From: Mobula hypostoma
Taxonomy: Eukaryota
NCBI RefSeq assembly: GCF_963921235.1
Contig: NC_086097.1
Location: 44,208,001 to 44,272,000, forward strand
Reading direction: 5' to 3'
DNA: 64,000 bases
The notes below the pieces were generated by a model that saw nothing but the letters and a program-made list of their open reading frames with translations, did no database searches and was not told the DNA's origin. Both the position numbers and the translations under genes were made by a program. Below are positions 63,452 through 64,000 of the stretch, piece after piece; the stretch's first letter is position 1; each line of letters begins with the position of its first letter.

Positions 63452-64000
63452 TGTTACGTACCCCGTAACTGGGTTGCCAAACCAGCAGAAATGGACCACT
63501 TAGTTGGAGTCTGGATTACTGGAACTAAGAAAGTTTTATTAAAGAAATAAGTAACACAGTACTCTAATTGTAAGGATATAAATGCAATGGGTTATCAATG
63601 ATAAAACACATGTACACAGAACTAGGATAATAGGAATCAATCAAGCTCTATCGCAGTCTAGGGGTAAAATGATCAGTCTCAAGTGATGCAGAGTTCAGTT
63701 CAGCTGAGTACAGTTCGCAGCAATCGCTGTTGTGCCGTTGGATAGAGAGAGAGAGAGCGAATGATAATATGCAAATTGAATTCAGACAGACCTTGATGTT
63801 CCTCCGCAGTTAGCTTTTGGGCGAGCCCTTTTTTAATGTCTTCTGAGGTCACCGACTGTGACCCCTCCATTCCGGATACGATCATCCTTCCGCGGTGAAC
63901 CCGGCACCCAGGCAAGAGCGGACACACACACTAGGTTCCCGCCAATCGTACCTTTTCACCCTGTGCGTCTATGTTGGTCCCGCGACCGGACCTCCAAAGC
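63452..64000 (-). mobile_element. LTR inserted in the RTE zinc-finger region, cut by the window end
   Basis: Abrupt switch to TGTTACGTA. Minus-strand AATAAA (tttatt at 63535-63540). Confidence 0.65.

Overview
This is eukaryotic, repeat-saturated, AT-rich intronic or intergenic DNA. The repeat content (CR1 with an SGNH-esterase ORF1, Rex1/Babar, V-SINE, DeuSINE, Penelope) points to a vertebrate, most likely a cartilaginous fish such as a ray or shark; this is inference. I found no host protein-coding gene, rRNA, intact tRNA or CRISPR array that I can support. The recognisable ORFs are decayed transposon fragments or their antisense shadows. Contents: many CR1 LINEs (three long copies), Rex1/Babar, Tx1 and RTE LINEs, tRNA-derived SINEs, a Tc1 remnant, two PIF/Harbinger-type non-autonomous elements, two Gypsy LTR retrotransposons, two partial LTRs at the window edges, and a dispersed family of Penelope-like (GIY-YIG) elements. 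Most notable: (i) the Penelope terminal repeats carry minimal type-I hammerhead ribozyme motifs (CUGANGA...GAAA-CGUC), intact in the youngest copies, which are palindromic insertions with target-site duplications (TSDs); (ii) a 3 kb two-LTR Gypsy with a tRNA-Leu primer-binding site (PBS) lacks RT, RNase H and the integrase core; (iii) a multi-level nest of insertions at 56-64 kb; (iv) rearrangements inside CR1 copies; (v) a mini tandem array built from SINE tails at one target site. Family names come from recalled motifs, not database searches. Boundaries of old elements are approximate.
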